64,000 bases of DNA from Escherichia coli (GTDB lineage: Bacteria > Pseudomonadota > Gammaproteobacteria > Enterobacterales > Enterobacteriaceae): NCBI RefSeq assembly GCF_003334385.1, contig NZ_QOWN01000005.1. The stretch is one strand, 5' to 3'. The notes beneath the pieces were generated by a model. The model was not told the DNA's origin, did no database searches, and worked only from the letters and a program-made list of their open reading frames with translations. Position 1 is the stretch's first letter; the number at the start of each line of letters is the position of its first letter. Below are positions 14,713-27,167 of the stretch, piece by piece. A program made the position numbers and the translations under genes.

Positions 14713-14735
14713 GTGCCGGATAGTTTATCCGGCAC
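14713..14735. terminator. Hairpin between convergent yadS and erpA
   Basis: gtgccggata-gttt-atccggcac perfect stem. Confidence 0.5.
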
Positions 14736-14747
14736 ATGAACAACAGA

Positions 14748-15092
14748 TTAGATACTAAAGGAAGAACCGCAACCGCAGGTGCTTTTCGCGTTCGGGTTGG
14801 TCACGATGAAACGAGAACCTTCCAGACCTTCGGTATAATCAACGGAACCGCCGACCAGATATTGCAGGCTCATCGGATCAACCACCAGGCCAACGCCCTG
14901 TTTTTCGATGGTCATATCGCCTTCGTTCACCTGATCATCAAAGGTGAAACCATACTGGAAGCCGCTGCAACCGCCACCGGTGATATACACGCGTAATTTC
15001 AGATTCGGGTTATCTTCGTCAGCGATCAGGCTTTTAACTTTGTTGGCTGCTGCGTCGGTAAACTCCAGCGGCAGTGCTACGTCATCACTCAT
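14748..15092 (-). CDS. erpA: Fe-S cluster A-type carrier ErpA (114 aa)
   Basis: ORF 14748..15125; start set to [20 protein letters not shown]...; C-terminal CGCGSSF motif. Confidence 0.93.
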
Positions 15093-15173
15093 ATTTTGCT
15101 CCAAACGACATCGGCAATTGGGCAAATTCTAACCCAATAATAATCGCCATTATCTAATACCCTGGTATTTCGT

Positions 15174-16613
<1,440 letters not shown>

Positions 16614-16819
16614 TCATACAAATAAGATGACGGCATTTTACTCGCACGTTCCATGAAAATCCTTTGCAAAGCGTAATGTTTCAAATGCACAAAACTTTTA
16701 TACTCTAAGAAATCAGGATTGCACCAGTACAAGCAGCCTGATGTTTGACGAGTATTTAACTTGTTATGAATAACATAGAATAGCAGCCATTCACTTTTTC
16801 TACGAATCAGGAACCCTCC

Positions 16820-18100
16820 ATGAGTAAGTCTGAAAATCTTTACAGCGCAGCGCGCGAGCTGATCCCTGGCGGTGTGAACTCCCCTGTTCGCGCCTTTACT
16901 GGCGTGGGCGGCACTCCACTGTTTATCGAAAAAGCGGACGGCGCTTATCTGTACGATGTTGATGGCAAAGCCTATATCGATTATGTCGGTTCCTGGGGGC
17001 CGATGGTGCTGGGCCATAACCATCCGGCAATCCGCAATGCCGTGATTGAAGCCGCCGAGCGTGGTTTAAGCTTTGGTGCACCAACCGAAATGGAAGTGAA
17101 AATGGCGCAACTGGTGACCGAACTGGTCCCGACCATGGATATGGTGCGCATGGTGAACTCCGGCACTGAAGCGACCATGAGCGCCATCCGCCTGGCCCGT
17201 GGTTTTACCGGTCGCGACAAAATTATTAAATTTGAAGGGTGTTACCATGGTCACGCTGACTGCCTGCTGGTGAAAGCCGGTTCTGGCGCACTCACGTTAG
17301 GCCAGCCAAACTCGCCGGGCGTTCCGGCAGATTTCGCCAAACATACCTTAACCTGTACTTATAATGATCTGGCTTCTGTACGCGCCGCATTTGAGCAATA
17401 CCCGCAAGAGATTGCCTGTATTATCGTCGAGCCGGTGGCAGGCAATATGAACTGTGTTCCGCCGCTGCCAGAGTTCCTGCCAGGTCTGCGCGCGCTGTGC
17501 GACGAATTTGGCGCGTTGCTGATCATCGATGAAGTGATGACCGGTTTCCGCGTAGCGCTAGCTGGCGCACAGGATTATTACGGCGTAGTGCCAGATTTAA
17601 CCTGCCTCGGCAAAATCATCGGCGGTGGAATGCCGGTAGGCGCATTCGGTGGTCGTCGTGATGTAATGGATGCGCTGGCCCCGACGGGTCCGGTCTATCA
17701 GGCGGGTACGCTTTCCGGTAACCCGATTGCGATGGCAGCGGGTTTCGCCTGTCTGAATGAAGTCGCGCAGCCGGGCGTTCACGAAACGCTGGATGAGCTG
17801 ACAACACGTCTGGCAGAAGGTCTGCTGGAAGCGGCAGAAGAAGCCGGAATTCCGCTGGTCGTTAACCACGTTGGCGGCATGTTCGGTATTTTCTTTACCG
17901 ACGCCGAGTCCGTGACGTGCTATCAGGATGTGATGGCCTGTGACGTGGAACGCTTTAAGCGTTTCTTCCATATGATGCTGGACGAAGGTGTTTACCTGGC
18001 ACCGTCAGCGTTTGAAGCGGGCTTTATGTCCGTGGCGCACAGCATGGAAGATATCAATAACACCATCGATGCTGCACGTCGGGTGTTTGCGAAGTTGTGA
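16820..18100 (+). CDS. hemL: Glutamate-1-semialdehyde 2,1-aminomutase (426 aa)
   Basis: [26 protein letters not shown]... Confidence 0.96.
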   Translation: MSKSENLYSAARELIPGGVNSPVRAFTGVGGTPLFIEKADGAYLYDVDGKAYIDYVGSWGPMVLGHNHPAIRNAVIEAAERGLSFGAPTEMEVKMAQLVTELVPTMDMVRMVNSGTEATMSAIRLARGFTGRDKIIKFEGCYHGHADCLLVKAGSGALTLGQPNSPGVPADFAKHTLTCTYNDLASVRAAFEQYPQEIACIIVEPVAGNMNCVPPLPEFLPGLRALCDEFGALLIIDEVMTGFRVALAGAQDYYGVVPDLTCLGKIIGGGMPVGAFGGRRDVMDALAPTGPVYQAGTLSGNPIAMAAGFACLNEVAQPGVHETLDELTTRLAEGLLEAAEEAGIPLVVNHVGGMFGIFFTDAESVTCYQDVMACDVERFKRFFHMMLDEGVYLAPSAFEAGFMSVAHSMEDINNTIDAARRVFAKL

Positions 18101-18109
18101 TCCAGCATG

Positions 18110-18240
<131 letters not shown>

Positions 18241-18257
18241 GCCGTTATATGGAAAAA

Positions 18258-20240
18258 TTAACGGCTCTGCTTTCTCAACAAATAGATAAAATATGGCGCG
18301 CCGATAAAGGTTGACAGCAGCCCCGCCGGGATCTGGAATGGAAACAGCACCATCCGCCCACACCAGTCAGCGAACACCAGCAGTAAACCACCCACCAGCG
18401 CCGAAATTACGATGTGTGGCATCGTCCGTCGAAAGCCCATCATCCGCGCAATATGCGGTGCCATTAAACCAACAAAACTCAACGGTCCAATAGTCATCGT
18501 CGCGGTCGCCGTCAGGCAAGCCGCTAACAGCAGCAGCGCAATTCGCGTCGGCGTCAGCGCCATTCCTACGGCTCGGGCGGTATCACCACCCAGCGGTAAA
18601 ATGGTCAGCCAGCGGCGGCACAGCGGGGTAATCGCCAGCAAAATCACCATCACAATTCCGGTGCGCCAGACCTGCGCATCGGTCGCGTTGTAGGTCGAAC
18701 CGGAAATCCAGGTCAGCACTTGCGCCATTCGCGGGTCACCACTTGCCTGCAACATCATCAAAAGCATGGTGAACGCGGTGCTTAACGCCATCCCCGCCAG
18801 TAACATACGGTGTGGGGAAAATCCACCGCGGCCGGCGGCGATCATAATGATCAACAGCGTCACCGCCGCGCCGAGACTGCCTGCAGGTAACAGCCAGCCA
18901 AAGGCATTACCCGGCACCAGAAACAGCATCAACACCACGCCAAACGCCGCGCCGGAGCTAATCCCCAGCACTTCCGGGCTTGCCATCGGGTTTCCGGTCA
19001 GTCGCTGAATAATACAGCCCGCCACCGCCAGCATGACGCCCGCAAACAGCGCCGCCATAATTCGCGGCCAGCGCCAGGGCATTAAATCCTCGAGCAACGC
19101 CCCGCTCGCCCACGTCCAGCCGTGCGCATCACGACCAAACGACAGCGCCACCACCACAGCCATCAACAGCAGCACGCCGCCCGCGAGGGCAAACGCCAGC
19201 ACATGTTGGCGTTCAGCCGCGACACGATCGTTGACCTTCATATCCGGCGCGCTAATGCTGCGTAAACGCGGCAACAGCCACAGTAGCAGCGGCGCACCGA
19301 TCAACGCAGTGACCGAACCGGTGGACACTTCCATCCACACGCGAGTCAGCCAGAGGATGATTTGATCGGAAAGCCAGAGGATCAGCGCACCAATCAACGA
19401 CGCCAGCATCAGTCGTGGCAGCAGACGCCGCGCCCCCAGCATTTTTGCCAGCAGCGGCGCGAACAACCCGATAAAGCCGATAATCCCCACAGCGTTCACC
19501 AGCAGCGCACTGATGACAATCGCCAGCGACAGCGCCGCCAGACGCGCAAGCGACAAGGCCAGCCCGAGATTGCGCGCCACGCCATCATCAAGCCCCATCA
19601 GGGTTAACGGACGAAGTAGCAGCAACGTCAGCATCACACCGCCCAGCAGCTGCGGCCATAAACGCTCAACGCCGCCCCAGTCGGTTTGCGTCAGCGTTCC
19701 AGTGCTCCACAGAAACATGCTTTGCAGTTGGTCATGATGGAAGATAACCAGTAACTGATTGATTGCGCCGCAATAAAGGCTCACTACCAACCCCGCGAGA
19801 ATCAGCGTTACCGGCGACAGCCGTTTCCCCCACGCGACGCCAAAGACAATTAAGCCAACAACACAAGCCCCTGCCAGCGCAGCAAACTGGCTCGCCATCG
19901 CACCAGGGATCGCCCAGAGCGTAGTGACGGTAATCCCCAGTTGCGCGCCTGTAGCAACGCCAAGCGTCGTCGGCTCCGCCAGCGGGTTACGCAGCACTTG
20001 CTGAAACAGCACGCCCACCAGCCCCAGACCCGCGCCCACCAGCAGCGAAATCGCCAGACGCGGCAACAAGCTGTAGTGAAAAATCATCTGCTCGATGACG
20101 TCAATATCCGGCGACCAGGCAGCCTGCGCCCACTGGCTACGCGGCAGCGCCTGCGAGAAGTTCATCCAGGTGAGCGCCGTAGCGACAATCACTAACAGCG
20201 CCAGCAATAACGCCGGGAAAAGCGCAATTCGTTTACTCAC
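18258..20240 (-). CDS. fhuB: Ferric hydroxamate ABC transporter permease FhuB (660 aa, duplicated FecCD-type)
   Basis: MSKRIALFPALLLALLVIVATALTW...; overlaps fhuD by 4 bp. Confidence 0.95.
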   Translation of the reverse strand: MSKRIALFPALLLALLVIVATALTWMNFSQALPRSQWAQAAWSPDIDVIEQMIFHYSLLPRLAISLLVGAGLGLVGVLFQQVLRNPLAEPTTLGVATGAQLGITVTTLWAIPGAMASQFAALAGACVVGLIVFGVAWGKRLSPVTLILAGLVVSLYCGAINQLLVIFHHDQLQSMFLWSTGTLTQTDWGGVERLWPQLLGGVMLTLLLLRPLTLMGLDDGVARNLGLALSLARLAALSLAIVISALLVNAVGIIGFIGLFAPLLAKMLGARRLLPRLMLASLIGALILWLSDQIILWLTRVWMEVSTGSVTALIGAPLLLWLLPRLRSISAPDMKVNDRVAAERQHVLAFALAGGVLLLMAVVVALSFGRDAHGWTWASGALLEDLMPWRWPRIMAALFAGVMLAVAGCIIQRLTGNPMASPEVLGISSGAAFGVVLMLFLVPGNAFGWLLPAGSLGAAVTLLIIMIAAGRGGFSPHRMLLAGMALSTAFTMLLMMLQASGDPRMAQVLTWISGSTYNATDAQVWRTGIVMVILLAITPLCRRWLTILPLGGDTARAVGMALTPTRIALLLLAACLTATATMTIGPLSFVGLMAPHIARMMGFRRTMPHIVISALVGGLLLVFADWCGRMVLFPFQIPAGLLSTFIGAPYFIYLLRKQSR

Positions 20241-21127
20241 GCTTTACCTCCGATGGCGTTATCCAGAACGCGCACAAAGTGCATTGCCGAGAGCGTCGCA
20301 CCATAAAACCAGACTGCAGGTACGCGCTGAAAGCGTCCGGCGCGGACAAACGGCATGGCCTGCCACAGCGGCGTTGCCATTAGCGCATCCATGTCTTTGC
20401 TGTTGTCGTGATCAAAATAGAGCACATCAACGTCTTTATACGCCGCCAGACGATCGATACTGACGGCGGTACTGCCCCAGAAGTTGGTTTCCCCTTGCCA
20501 GGCATTTGGGATGCCGTACTCATCAAGAATTTCCTGGAACAAGCTGTTTGGACCGAAGACCAGCATATGGCGCGGATCGATAAGCGTCGTCAGCAATAAC
20601 GGACGCGCACCACGCTTCACAAAGCGGGGTTTCATGCTGCGGATAAAGTCTTCATATTGCACTAAATGCGTTTCCGCTGCGCTTTGCAGGTTAAGTAAAT
20701 CTGCCATTTCCGTCAGCGATTTACGCGCCATCGCCAACGGCTGTTTGCCGTCACTGAAGTTAAATCCGCGACCCGGCGCAATACGAGCCAGCATTTCTGG
20801 TGAAGGGCCATATCCTGCCGACCAGACCATAAACGATGGTTTCATTTCGGTCAGCAGTTCAAGGTTAGGTTCTGTGCGCAAACCGACGTCGATCACTGAG
20901 TCCGGCAATGGTGGTTCGCTGACCCACAGGCGATAGTTGATGGTATCCGCCACGCCGTAAGGCACGATGCCGAGCGCCAGCAGTAATTCCACCGGCAACC
21001 ACTCCAGCGCCACAATACGATTGGGATCAATAGCCGCCGCGTGGGCGGTATTCATCTGCCATAACAACGGAGAAAGCGCCATCGCCGTTAACAGTCGACG
21101 GCGCGAAATAAGAGGTAAGCCGCTCAT
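20237..21127 (-). CDS. fhuD: Ferric hydroxamate periplasmic binding protein FhuD (296 aa)
   Basis: ORF 20237..21130; start set to MSGLPLISRRRLLTAMALSPLLW... Confidence 0.93.
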   Translation of the reverse strand: MSGLPLISRRRLLTAMALSPLLWQMNTAHAAAIDPNRIVALEWLPVELLLALGIVPYGVADTINYRLWVSEPPLPDSVIDVGLRTEPNLELLTEMKPSFMVWSAGYGPSPEMLARIAPGRGFNFSDGKQPLAMARKSLTEMADLLNLQSAAETHLVQYEDFIRSMKPRFVKRGARPLLLTTLIDPRHMLVFGPNSLFQEILDEYGIPNAWQGETNFWGSTAVSIDRLAAYKDVDVLYFDHDNSKDMDALMATPLWQAMPFVRAGRFQRVPAVWFYGATLSAMHFVRVLDNAIGGKA

Positions 21128-21924
21128 CAATAAACAAAACTCACAGGTGCAGCACCCGCCGGATGCGGCAAAATACCCATCGGGATGCCATAAATCATTT
21201 CGAGGGTTTCGCCGCGCATAATTTCCGCAGGCGTTCCCTGAGCAATCATTTCACCGCCGCGCAGGGCGACCAGATAATCACAGTAGCGTGCCGCCATATT
21301 GATATCGTGCAACACGGCAATGACCGTCAGGCCACGCTCCTGACTTAAACGGTGCACCAGCGACAGCACATCAACCTGGTGGGCGATATCCAGCGCCGAG
21401 GTCGGTTCGTCGAGCAACAGACAACGGCTATCCTGCGCCACCAGCATGGCGATCCACGCCCGCTGACGTTCGCCGCCAGAGAGACTATCGACCAGCCGAT
21501 GCGCCAGCGGTTTTAAGCCAACCAGCGAGATAGCTTCCTCGACTTTTTCGCGATCTGCCGCCCCAAAGCGCCCCAGCGCGCCATGCCACGGGTAACGACC
21601 AATCGCCACCAGTTCACGCACGGTCATCCCTTCTGCCGGAGGAAGCTGCTGCGGCAAATAAGCCACTTTGCGGGCAAACGCTTTGCTGCTCCAGCTTTCC
21701 AGCGGTTGGGCATCAAGAAGAATCTCCCCTTCCGACGGCGGCTGATGACGGCCAAGCATTTTGAGCAGAGTGGATTTACCAGAACCGTTGTGACCAATCA
21801 GACCGGTCACTTTCCCGGCAGGAAAGGTTAACGACAGCGGATGCAAAAGCGTGCGCCCGGGCACACGAAAGGAGATATTACGCAGTGCAAAAGTGGTATC
21901 GGAATGATTCGTGTATTCCTGCAT
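21127..21924 (-). CDS. fhuC: Ferric hydroxamate ABC transporter ATPase FhuC (265 aa)
   Basis: ORF 21127..21966; start set to MQEYTNHSDTTFALRNISF...; Walker A GHNGSGKST, LSGGERQR signature. Confidence 0.93.
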   Translation of the reverse strand: MQEYTNHSDTTFALRNISFRVPGRTLLHPLSLTFPAGKVTGLIGHNGSGKSTLLKMLGRHQPPSEGEILLDAQPLESWSSKAFARKVAYLPQQLPPAEGMTVRELVAIGRYPWHGALGRFGAADREKVEEAISLVGLKPLAHRLVDSLSGGERQRAWIAMLVAQDSRCLLLDEPTSALDIAHQVDVLSLVHRLSQERGLTVIAVLHDINMAARYCDYLVALRGGEMIAQGTPAEIMRGETLEMIYGIPMGILPHPAGAAPVSFVY

Positions 21925-21974
21925 AACAGCCAACTTGTGAAATGGGCACGGAAATCCGTGCCCCAAAAGAGAAA

Positions 21975-24218
21975 TTAGAAACGGAAGGTTGCGGTTGCAA
22001 CGACCTGACGTTCTGCGCCCCAGAAGCAGCCATAAGTGTTAAAGCAGCTGGCGACGTATTCACGATCGAACAGGTTGTTAACATGCAGCGCCACGTTGGA
22101 GCCAGCCATGCCGACTCGCGCCAGATCATAACGTACTAACGCATCCACGACCGTATAACTTCCCACTTTAAAGGAGTTAGCCGGATCACCATAACTGGAG
22201 CCAGTATAACGACCACCGGTGCCCAGCGTCAGACCTGAAAGCGGACCGTCAAAGAAGGTGTAGTCAGCCCACAACGAAGCCATGTGTTTTGGCACCTGTG
22301 CAGGCGTATTGCCTTTATAGGTAGTATCGGTGGTGTATTCCGCATCGGTGTAAGTATAAGAACCGACTACGTTAACACTCGCCGACAGCGCCGCTTTCGC
22401 TTCGATTTCTACGCCACGTGCGCGGATCTCGCCACCTTCAACCGAGAAGAAGGAACCCTCAGGGTCCGCCATCAGGTTGTTGGTTTTAGTGAGATTATAC
22501 ACGGCACCAGTAACTACAATCGGACGATCTTCCGGTACATATTTCACGCCGACTTCATACTGCTTACCTTTAGACGGTGCGAAAATATTACCATCCTTCC
22601 CAACTTGCGAAGAAGGTTCAAACGATTCGCTATAGCTGAAGTAAGGTGTTACACCATTATCAAACAGGTAGTTAACACCACCACGCCAGGTAAACTGTTT
22701 GTCATCACGTTTATCGGTCGTCCCGGCAACGCGGTTAAGAGATTCTTGATCTGCCCAGTCATAACGACCGCCTAGGGTGACCAGCACTTTATCCCACTGC
22801 GCCTGATCCTGAACATAAACGCCCGTTTGTTTCTGTTTATTCAGAATGCGGTAAGGGCCGGAGTTTGCCGGATCTTTGGCATTGAAGTCGAAATCGGTAT
22901 TCACCGGATTGTACAGATTGAGCAGTGGCACAGAGTCGTCGTAACCAAACCAGGCGTTGATGTCATTACGCATACGCATAAAGTCGACACCGGTCAGCAG
23001 GGTGTGGTCGATATCGCCAGTGGCAAACTTGCTCTGCAACTGGGTATCAACGGAGAAGTTTTGCAGCTTCTCATCATCAACGACGTATTTACGTGCCAGA
23101 TAATGGCCTTTATCCGCTGGCGCTAATGCCGCACACTGTTTGCTGTAAGCATTCGCCGGATCGGAGCAGACGCCGTAACCATAAACGCTGTTTTGCGAGG
23201 TTTTGTTTTCAGCAAAGCGCAGGTTCTGACGCACAGTAAAGGTGTCGTTAAATTCGTGATCGAAGCTGTAGCCGACCATCTTCTCATTACGAGAATAGGT
23301 GTTGTTCTTCGCCCCTTCATTAAAGTCTGTCGGCAGACGCTTACCGTTCGGCAGCGGCTCAACGGTTCCCTCTTTCGGCAACCAGCCGTAATAACCGGTT
23401 TCCGGCTCGTTCTGGAAGTAAGAAAGGAAGGTAAAATTGGTTTTATCATCCGGACGCCAGGTGAACGCCGGTGCAATAGCATAACGCTGCTCTTCTGACC
23501 CTTTCTGCTGGGCATTGGCAGAACGCGCAAGACCGGTCAGGCGATAAGAGTAAACACCGTCATCATCCAACGAATCGCTAAAGTCAAAACCAGTCTGGAA
23601 CAGGCTGTCAGTACCGGCTTTAAACTGAACTTCTTTCAGCGGTTCGGTGGTCGGACGCTTGCTGACCATATTCAACAGGCCGCCAGGACTGCTTTTACCG
23701 TAAAGCACGGAAACCGGGCCACGCATAATTTCAGCGCGTTCCAGCATATACGGGTCAATGACCGCATCGTTATAGAAGTTGCCCTGCAACTTCAGGCCAT
23801 TCAGATAGTTATTCTGGCTTTGGCCTTCTGCCGCAAAGCCGCGAATGATCAGGTGGTCATAGGTGTTGGATGCGCCACGCGTACCAACAGAGACACCCGG
23901 CGTGTAGCTAAGCGCTTCTTTTACCGACTTCGGCTGATGCAGCGCCATCTCTTCGGCGGTCACAACAGAAATAGACTGTGGCACTTTTTGAATCGGCGTA
24001 TCGGTTTTAGTGCCGGTAGCAGACTGTCGCGCCGCAATAGTTGCAGCAGGCCCCCATGCGCTTTCTTGCGGCGCAGGTGCAGCGGTAACGGTGATAGTGT
24101 CTTCTTTCGGTTCAACCGCTGCCTGTGCATAAACAGACATGCCGCTAACCGCTGTGGCTACTACAACTGCGATTTTACGCAGTGAGTGTTTTGGCTGAGC
24201 AGTTTTGGAACGCGCCAT
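21975..24218 (-). CDS. fhuA: Ferrichrome outer membrane TonB-dependent receptor FhuA (747 aa)
   Basis: MARSKTAQPKHSLRKIAVVVATAVSGMSVYAQA signal; C-terminal ...ATATFRF. Confidence 0.96.
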   Translation of the reverse strand: MARSKTAQPKHSLRKIAVVVATAVSGMSVYAQAAVEPKEDTITVTAAPAPQESAWGPAATIAARQSATGTKTDTPIQKVPQSISVVTAEEMALHQPKSVKEALSYTPGVSVGTRGASNTYDHLIIRGFAAEGQSQNNYLNGLKLQGNFYNDAVIDPYMLERAEIMRGPVSVLYGKSSPGGLLNMVSKRPTTEPLKEVQFKAGTDSLFQTGFDFSDSLDDDGVYSYRLTGLARSANAQQKGSEEQRYAIAPAFTWRPDDKTNFTFLSYFQNEPETGYYGWLPKEGTVEPLPNGKRLPTDFNEGAKNNTYSRNEKMVGYSFDHEFNDTFTVRQNLRFAENKTSQNSVYGYGVCSDPANAYSKQCAALAPADKGHYLARKYVVDDEKLQNFSVDTQLQSKFATGDIDHTLLTGVDFMRMRNDINAWFGYDDSVPLLNLYNPVNTDFDFNAKDPANSGPYRILNKQKQTGVYVQDQAQWDKVLVTLGGRYDWADQESLNRVAGTTDKRDDKQFTWRGGVNYLFDNGVTPYFSYSESFEPSSQVGKDGNIFAPSKGKQYEVGVKYVPEDRPIVVTGAVYNLTKTNNLMADPEGSFFSVEGGEIRARGVEIEAKAALSASVNVVGSYTYTDAEYTTDTTYKGNTPAQVPKHMASLWADYTFFDGPLSGLTLGTGGRYTGSSYGDPANSFKVGSYTVVDALVRYDLARVGMAGSNVALHVNNLFDREYVASCFNTYGCFWGAERQVVATATFRF

Positions 24219-24257
24219 TGGTATATCTCTGATGTAAAGTGAATGATAACGTAAACG

Positions 24258-24290
24258 AGAATGATTATTATAAAGATAAGATAATATTCG
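24258..24290 (-). promoter_or_regulatory. Fur-box-like AT-rich palindrome in fhuA promoter region
   Basis: gaatgattattataaagataagataatattc resembles GATAATGATAATCATTATC; about 40-70 bp upstream of fhuA start. Confidence 0.5.
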
Positions 24291-24437
24291 AAACGCTGGC
24301 GGGTTCGCAAGCGGTACGCAATCTGAGCGTTCCTGAAGGGTTAATAAACAACCAGATGAAAAGAAAGGGTTAATATCTTAGATGGGATGTTATTTTACCG
24401 GATGGCAACTCGCCATCCGGTATTTCACGCTTAGATG

Positions 24438-26972
24438 TTAATTACTACCAAACATATCCTTGATCCAACCGGCTACACCGTCGCTGTCTTTCTGCTCTTG
24501 CTGAGCAGGTTGCTGTTGCGGCTGTTGCTGCGGCTGAGAAGACTGATCAAACGGATTGCCTGACGGCTGCTGCTGCATCTCGCTCTGCTGGCACAGCGAT
24601 TGCGGATCGCTGGTCCAGACCGGCAAGATACGCATGCCACCGCTGCAAACAAAGTTGCCGTCGTAGTCCACGCCCATATCTGCAATATCTTCTGGCGGAA
24701 CAAGATTCAGCGGCGTTGGCGTCTGGTTAGCCAGATAACGCTGATAAATCGACATTGCCCCGCTGGCACCATACAGTTTGGTCGGCTGGTTGTTATCACG
24801 GCCGACCCAGGTGATGGTCACCGTGCTGCCGTCAATGCCCGCAAACCAGGTATCTACGTTATTGTTGGTAGTCCCTGTTTTCCCTGCCAGATGCAGGTTC
24901 GGGTATTTCGCCCCAAGCTGACGACCCGTACCGCGTTGTACCACCTGCTGCATGGTCCATAGTGTCAGATACGCCGCCTGCGCCGGAACAGCGCGTTCCG
25001 CCTGCGGGAAGCTCTGATACAGCACTTTGCCATCTTCCGCGATTACCGAACGCAGCGCAGAAAGCGGTGCACGGTTACCACCGCTGGCGATGGTCTGGAA
25101 TGCCTGCGCCACTTCGATTGGCGTTAAGTTCAACGCCCCCAGCAGCATTGCCGGAACCGGATGCAACTGATCTTTCGGTACGCCCAGTTTAATCCAGGTC
25201 TCCGTAACCGCAGGCAGCCCCAGCGCCATCCCCAGATTTACCGTCGGCACGTTCATCGAACGGGTCAACGCATCCACCAGCATCACTCTGCCGCTTTCGC
25301 TATAACGACGGTCATCATTCTGCGGTGACCAGACCTGGCCATTCGGCTGACGCAGCGCAATTGGCGCATCCGCAATCCACGTATTCAGACGATAGATTTT
25401 CGGCTGGCTTAAGGCCGTCAGATAAGTCGCTGGTTTTGCAAGGGAACCAATCGAACGACGCGCCTGCATCGCACGGTTGTAGCCCGCAAACTGCGGCTCA
25501 GAACCTCCGACCATCGCACGAACTTCACCACTAAAGCGGTCGACGACCACAATCGCAGTTTCAAGATCGCTCAACTTACGCTGTTTCTTCAGTGCCGGAA
25601 TGCCTTCCACGGCGGCTTTTTCTGCCGCGTCCTGGGCCACCGAGTCAAAGGTAGTGAAGATCTTCACGCCGGAGAGATCTTTTACCTTATCGCCCAGTTT
25701 TGCCTGCAGCTCCTGACGCACCAGTTGCATAAAGGCTGGCTGAGGAGAGATCACCCCACCGCGCGGCTGAACCCCCAGCGGACGGGCACTCAACATGTCA
25801 TAGAGTTCTTGATCAATAATCTGTTGCTGTTGCAGCAGACGCAGCACCAGATTACGTCGCTCCAGCGCCAGTTTTGGGTTACGCCACGGGTTGTAGATGG
25901 ACGCCCCTTTCACCATACCGACTAACAGCGCCTGCTGGTCGAGGCTTAGCTCTTCTACCGGGCGACCAAAGTAATACAAGCTTGCCAGCGGGAAGCCGCG
26001 GATTTCGTTGTCGCCGCTCTGACCGAGATACACCTCGTTCATATACAGCTCAAGAATACGGTCTTTGCTGTAACGCGCGTCCATGATCAGCGCCATGTAA
26101 GCTTCGTTCGCTTTACGCCAGTAAGAACGCTCGCTGGAGAGGAACAGGTTTTTCACCAGCTGTTGCGTCAGCGTACTCGCACCCTGTACCGTGCGTCCGG
26201 CGGTCAGGTTTGCCAGCACCGCACGTCCGATTGAGTAGAGACTGATTCCATCATGCTCGTAAAAATGACGGTCTTCTGTCGCCAGCAAAGTATCCACCAG
26301 CAAATCCGGGAAACCACTGCGCGGCACAAACAGACGCTGCTCACCGTTTGGCGAAGAGATCATGGTGATCAGACGCGGATCAAGACGGAAGAAACCGAAC
26401 TGACGGTTGTTCTCCATATTGACGATCGTCGCCAGATGATCGCCATCAAAGGTCAGACGCGCGCGCACCTGTCCTTCTTTACTGTCCGGGAAATCAAACG
26501 GACGGCGAATCATCTCAATGCTGTTGGCCTGCACGGTAAATTCGCCAGGACGGGTCATTTTCGACACCTGACGATACTGGGTCGCCTCCAGCAGCTTCAC
26601 CATCTCGTTCTTGCTGATGGTCATGTCTGGCTCAAGATTGACCATTCGGCCATAAACTGCCGCAGGCAGTTGCCAGACCTTGCCATCAATACGGCTACGA
26701 ATTTTTTGATCGAGATAAACGCCGTAAATGGCGATCAGCACGGCAAAAACGATAGCCAGTTTTAGCAGTAGCCATAGCCAGCCGCGTTTGCCACGAGGCT
26801 TACGCCCTTTGCCTTTGCCCTTACCTTTGCGCGGCATCGGTTCTTCATCCTCATAGTCATCATAATCGTCGTAATCATCGTCATCTTCGTAACGACGACG
26901 GCTTACCTTTTGTTTGACCGGACGCGTCGGTTTCCCTTTGCGTCCAATTGGCTCGCGGTCATTCCCGGCCAT
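24438..26972 (-). CDS. mrcB: Penicillin-binding protein 1B (844 aa)
   Basis: ORF 24438..26987; start set to [19 protein letters not shown]...; acidic [15 protein letters not shown] and [10 protein letters not shown] stretch. Confidence 0.95.
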   Translation of the reverse strand: MAGNDREPIGRKGKPTRPVKQKVSRRRYEDDDDYDDYDDYEDEEPMPRKGKGKGKGRKPRGKRGWLWLLLKLAIVFAVLIAIYGVYLDQKIRSRIDGKVWQLPAAVYGRMVNLEPDMTISKNEMVKLLEATQYRQVSKMTRPGEFTVQANSIEMIRRPFDFPDSKEGQVRARLTFDGDHLATIVNMENNRQFGFFRLDPRLITMISSPNGEQRLFVPRSGFPDLLVDTLLATEDRHFYEHDGISLYSIGRAVLANLTAGRTVQGASTLTQQLVKNLFLSSERSYWRKANEAYMALIMDARYSKDRILELYMNEVYLGQSGDNEIRGFPLASLYYFGRPVEELSLDQQALLVGMVKGASIYNPWRNPKLALERRNLVLRLLQQQQIIDQELYDMLSARPLGVQPRGGVISPQPAFMQLVRQELQAKLGDKVKDLSGVKIFTTFDSVAQDAAEKAAVEGIPALKKQRKLSDLETAIVVVDRFSGEVRAMVGGSEPQFAGYNRAMQARRSIGSLAKPATYLTALSQPKIYRLNTWIADAPIALRQPNGQVWSPQNDDRRYSESGRVMLVDALTRSMNVPTVNLGMALGLPAVTETWIKLGVPKDQLHPVPAMLLGALNLTPIEVAQAFQTIASGGNRAPLSALRSVIAEDGKVLYQSFPQAERAVPAQAAYLTLWTMQQVVQRGTGRQLGAKYPNLHLAGKTGTTNNNVDTWFAGIDGSTVTITWVGRDNNQPTKLYGASGAMSIYQRYLANQTPTPLNLVPPEDIADMGVDYDGNFVCSGGMRILPVWTSDPQSLCQQSEMQQQPSGNPFDQSSQPQQQPQQQPAQQEQKDSDGVAGWIKDMFGSN

Positions 26973-27069
26973 GCTTTTTCTCCGCAATATTCAGGCGCAA
27001 AAGCCCGATTTTCTGTTCTTCTGTTACAAGACAGAAGAAGATATCTCTCAAAATTTGTGCTCGATCGGT

Positions 27070-27156
27070 CCCCTCTCCCTTGAGGGAGAGGGTTAGGGTG
27101 AGGGTGAACGTGCGCGCTGATGCCCTCACCCCGGCCCTCTCCCACAGGGAGAGGGA
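27070..27156. repeat. GC-rich triple-hairpin intergenic element between hrpB stop and mrcB promoter
   Basis: ccctctccc-ttga-gggagaggg (27071-27092), gggtgaggg...ccctcaccc (27096-27131), ccctctccc-aca-gggagaggg (27135-27155). Confidence 0.6.
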
Positions 27157-27167
27157 GAAAACCAACC

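Noticed and set aside
22284-22775. 163-aa plus-strand ORF
   Set aside because: Antisense to fhuA.
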